Source of the DNA: a bacterium
GTDB taxonomy: Bacteria > UBP15 > UBA6099
Assembly: GCA_029564595.1 (NCBI GenBank)
Contig: JAKQPS010000051.1
Coordinates: forward strand, 23,348-87,347
Direction of reading: 5' to 3'
Length of the DNA stretch: 64,000 bases
Shown here piece by piece: positions 62,554 through 64,000 of this stretch. The notes below the pieces were generated by a model. It did no database searches. It was not told the DNA's origin and worked only from the letters and a program-made list of their open reading frames with translations. Positions within the stretch are counted from its first letter, which is position 1, and each line of letters begins with the position of its first letter. Made by a program: the position numbers and the translations under genes.

Positions 62554-63904
62554 ATGGAGCGGCGGGCGGCTCGAGCGCGGAAGCGCGTCGGGGATCGCCG
62601 TTGCGGTTGAGACGGACAGCAGGCGCGATTGCGCAGGGGCTGTGTTCGTTCCGCTGGTCGGGGAGAAGTTCGACGGCCACGAGTTCATCGCCTCGGCGGC
62701 GGCGAGAGGCGCGGCGGGATGCCTGACGTCAAAAGAGATTCCCGGCGGGCTTCCTGAAAGCTTCGCGGTGATAAGAGTCGCTGACACGCTGAAAGCGTAT
62801 CAGGCGATGGCGAGGGGATATAGAAGGGCTCTGCCCGCGAAGGTGGCGGCGATAACGGGAAGCTGCGGCAAGACGACGACGAAGAACATGCTGGCTAACG
62901 CGTTAAGCCGGAAAAAGATTACGAAGACGGAAAAGAACGAAAACAATGAGGTGGGAGTTCCGCTGACTTTGTTGAGGATGGACTCGACGACGGAAATAGT
63001 TGTGCTCGAATTCGGAATGAGGGGCAGAGGGCAGATAGCCGAACTGGCTGAAATCGCGGAACCGGAGCTTGGATTGATAACAAATATTGAAGCGTCTCAC
63101 ATCGGAATCCTCGGATCTATGGAGGCTATATGCGACGCGAAGGGGGAGCTTCTTGAGAGGCTTCCCGCGCGCGGGACGGCCGTGTTGAACGCGGACAGCG
63201 AGTGGTTCGACAGGCTCGCAAAGAAGACGTCGGCGCGGATAGTTTCTTTCGGAATGGAAAAGGGCGACTACAGGGCGGCGGGCGCGAAGATGAGGCTGGA
63301 CGGAGCGAGTTACACTTTGGAAACGCCGTTCGGCAGAATGGAAATCGAATCTTTGCTGACAGGCCGGGGGGCGATAATCAACGCGGCTGCGGTGGCGGCG
63401 GCGGCGATGGAGCTTGGTGAGCCGCTTGACGCGGTCGCGGAAGGTCTGTCGATGGACATCGGAGAGGCTGGACGCATGAGGCGGGTCGGAACGGCGGACG
63501 GCAAGTTGCTTATTGACGATACTTATAACTCCTCGCCGGCGTCGCTGGCTATGACACTGGAGCTTTTGGGGACGGTGGAGTGGAGCGGGCGCAGGGTGGC
63601 CGCGCTTGGAGACATGAAAGAACTGGGAGCTTTCAGCCGCGACGAACATTTCAGAATAGGAAGGGATTTCGCGGCTAAGAGCGCCGACGCTCTCGTGACG
63701 GTCGGCTCCGAGGCCAAAGCCATAGCGGAAGGGGCGTTGTCCGCCGGGATGCGAGAGGACGGCGTCGCGGCGTTTGAGACGTTCGAAGAGTTTGCGGAAT
63801 CCGGGGCCGGACTGTTCGGGCCGGGGGACCTCGTTCTTGTGAAAGGTTCGCGCGCGATGGGAATGGAGCGGGTCGTGAAATTTATCGAGGAGGCGTCAAA
63901 ATGA
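62522..63904 (+). CDS. murF: UDP-N-acetylmuramoyl-tripeptide--D-alanyl-D-alanine ligase
   Basis: ITGSCGKTTTK P-loop, DDTYNSSP and LGDMKELG. GTG 62522 overlaps the murE 3' end. Confidence 0.9.
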   Translation: MESTPIAKLIEWSGGRLERGSASGIAVAVETDSRRDCAGAVFVPLVGEKFDGHEFIASAAARGAAGCLTSKEIPGGLPESFAVIRVADTLKAYQAMARGYRRALPAKVAAITGSCGKTTTKNMLANALSRKKITKTEKNENNEVGVPLTLLRMDSTTEIVVLEFGMRGRGQIAELAEIAEPELGLITNIEASHIGILGSMEAICDAKGELLERLPARGTAVLNADSEWFDRLAKKTSARIVSFGMEKGDYRAAGAKMRLDGASYTLETPFGRMEIESLLTGRGAIINAAAVAAAAMELGEPLDAVAEGLSMDIGEAGRMRRVGTADGKLLIDDTYNSSPASLAMTLELLGTVEWSGRRVAALGDMKELGAFSRDEHFRIGRDFAAKSADALVTVGSEAKAIAEGALSAGMREDGVAAFETFEEFAESGAGLFGPGDLVLVKGSRAMGMERVVKFIEEASK

Positions 63905-64000
63905 GTCTTCTGGCGTCCGCCGGTCTGGGATTCGCGCTGTGCTTGGGGTTTACGCGGCTTTGGATGGTCGTGCTCGCCAAGTGGAAGATGCGGCAGGTGA
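63901..64000 (+). CDS. mraY: phospho-N-acetylmuramoyl-pentapeptide transferase, N-terminal fragment (runs off the window)
   Basis: ATGA overlap with the murF stop. MSLLASAGLGFALCLGFTRLWMVVLAKWKMRQV is a hydrophobic N-terminus with the K-x-x-Q segment typical of MraY. dcw order supports the call. Confidence 0.75.
   Translation, partial: MSLLASAGLGFALCLGFTRLWMVVLAKWKMRQV

Overview
64-kb window from a GC-rich bacterial chromosome with diderm-type envelope genes (LpxL-like acyltransferase, beta-barrel OMP, TolB-like propeller). I cannot assign taxonomy from the sequence alone. I support about 55 protein genes. I found no rRNA, tRNA, CRISPR array, integrase or transposase. Most of the window is housekeeping: archease-rtcB, two tandem K+ uptake systems (ktrBA-like and trkAH), an ECF sigma/anti-sigma/TPR operon, rpiB, nnr, alr, rimO, speH/speB, dapA, tyrA and the start of the dcw cluster (mraZ-rsmH-ftsL-ftsI-murE-murF-mraY). 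A 9-kb envelope glycoconjugate locus holds a priming sugar transferase, two GT4 genes, an LpxL-like acyltransferase, an acetyl-CoA hydrolase-GNAT fusion, and a cytidylyltransferase paired with a B12-radical-SAM enzyme. The clearest accessory segment is the first ~6 kb. It contains a strikingly AT-rich orphan gene whose product ends in a HEPN-like Rx4H motif, and a divergently transcribed small membrane protein. It also contains two families of near-identical non-coding repeats and a block of palindromic hairpins. My best candidates for something undescribed are: (1) the HEPN-like islet; (2) a paralogous pair of zinc-ribbon/TM/beta-propeller/multi-TM receptor-like proteins (2320-4011 and 30492-33038); (3) the cytidylyltransferase + B12-rSAM pair; (4) a HEAT-STAS fusion next to the ECF sigma operon; (5) an insert-bearing MraZ with repeated AAAGTGGGAA boxes in its leader. 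All functional calls rest on motifs read by eye. No database search was possible.
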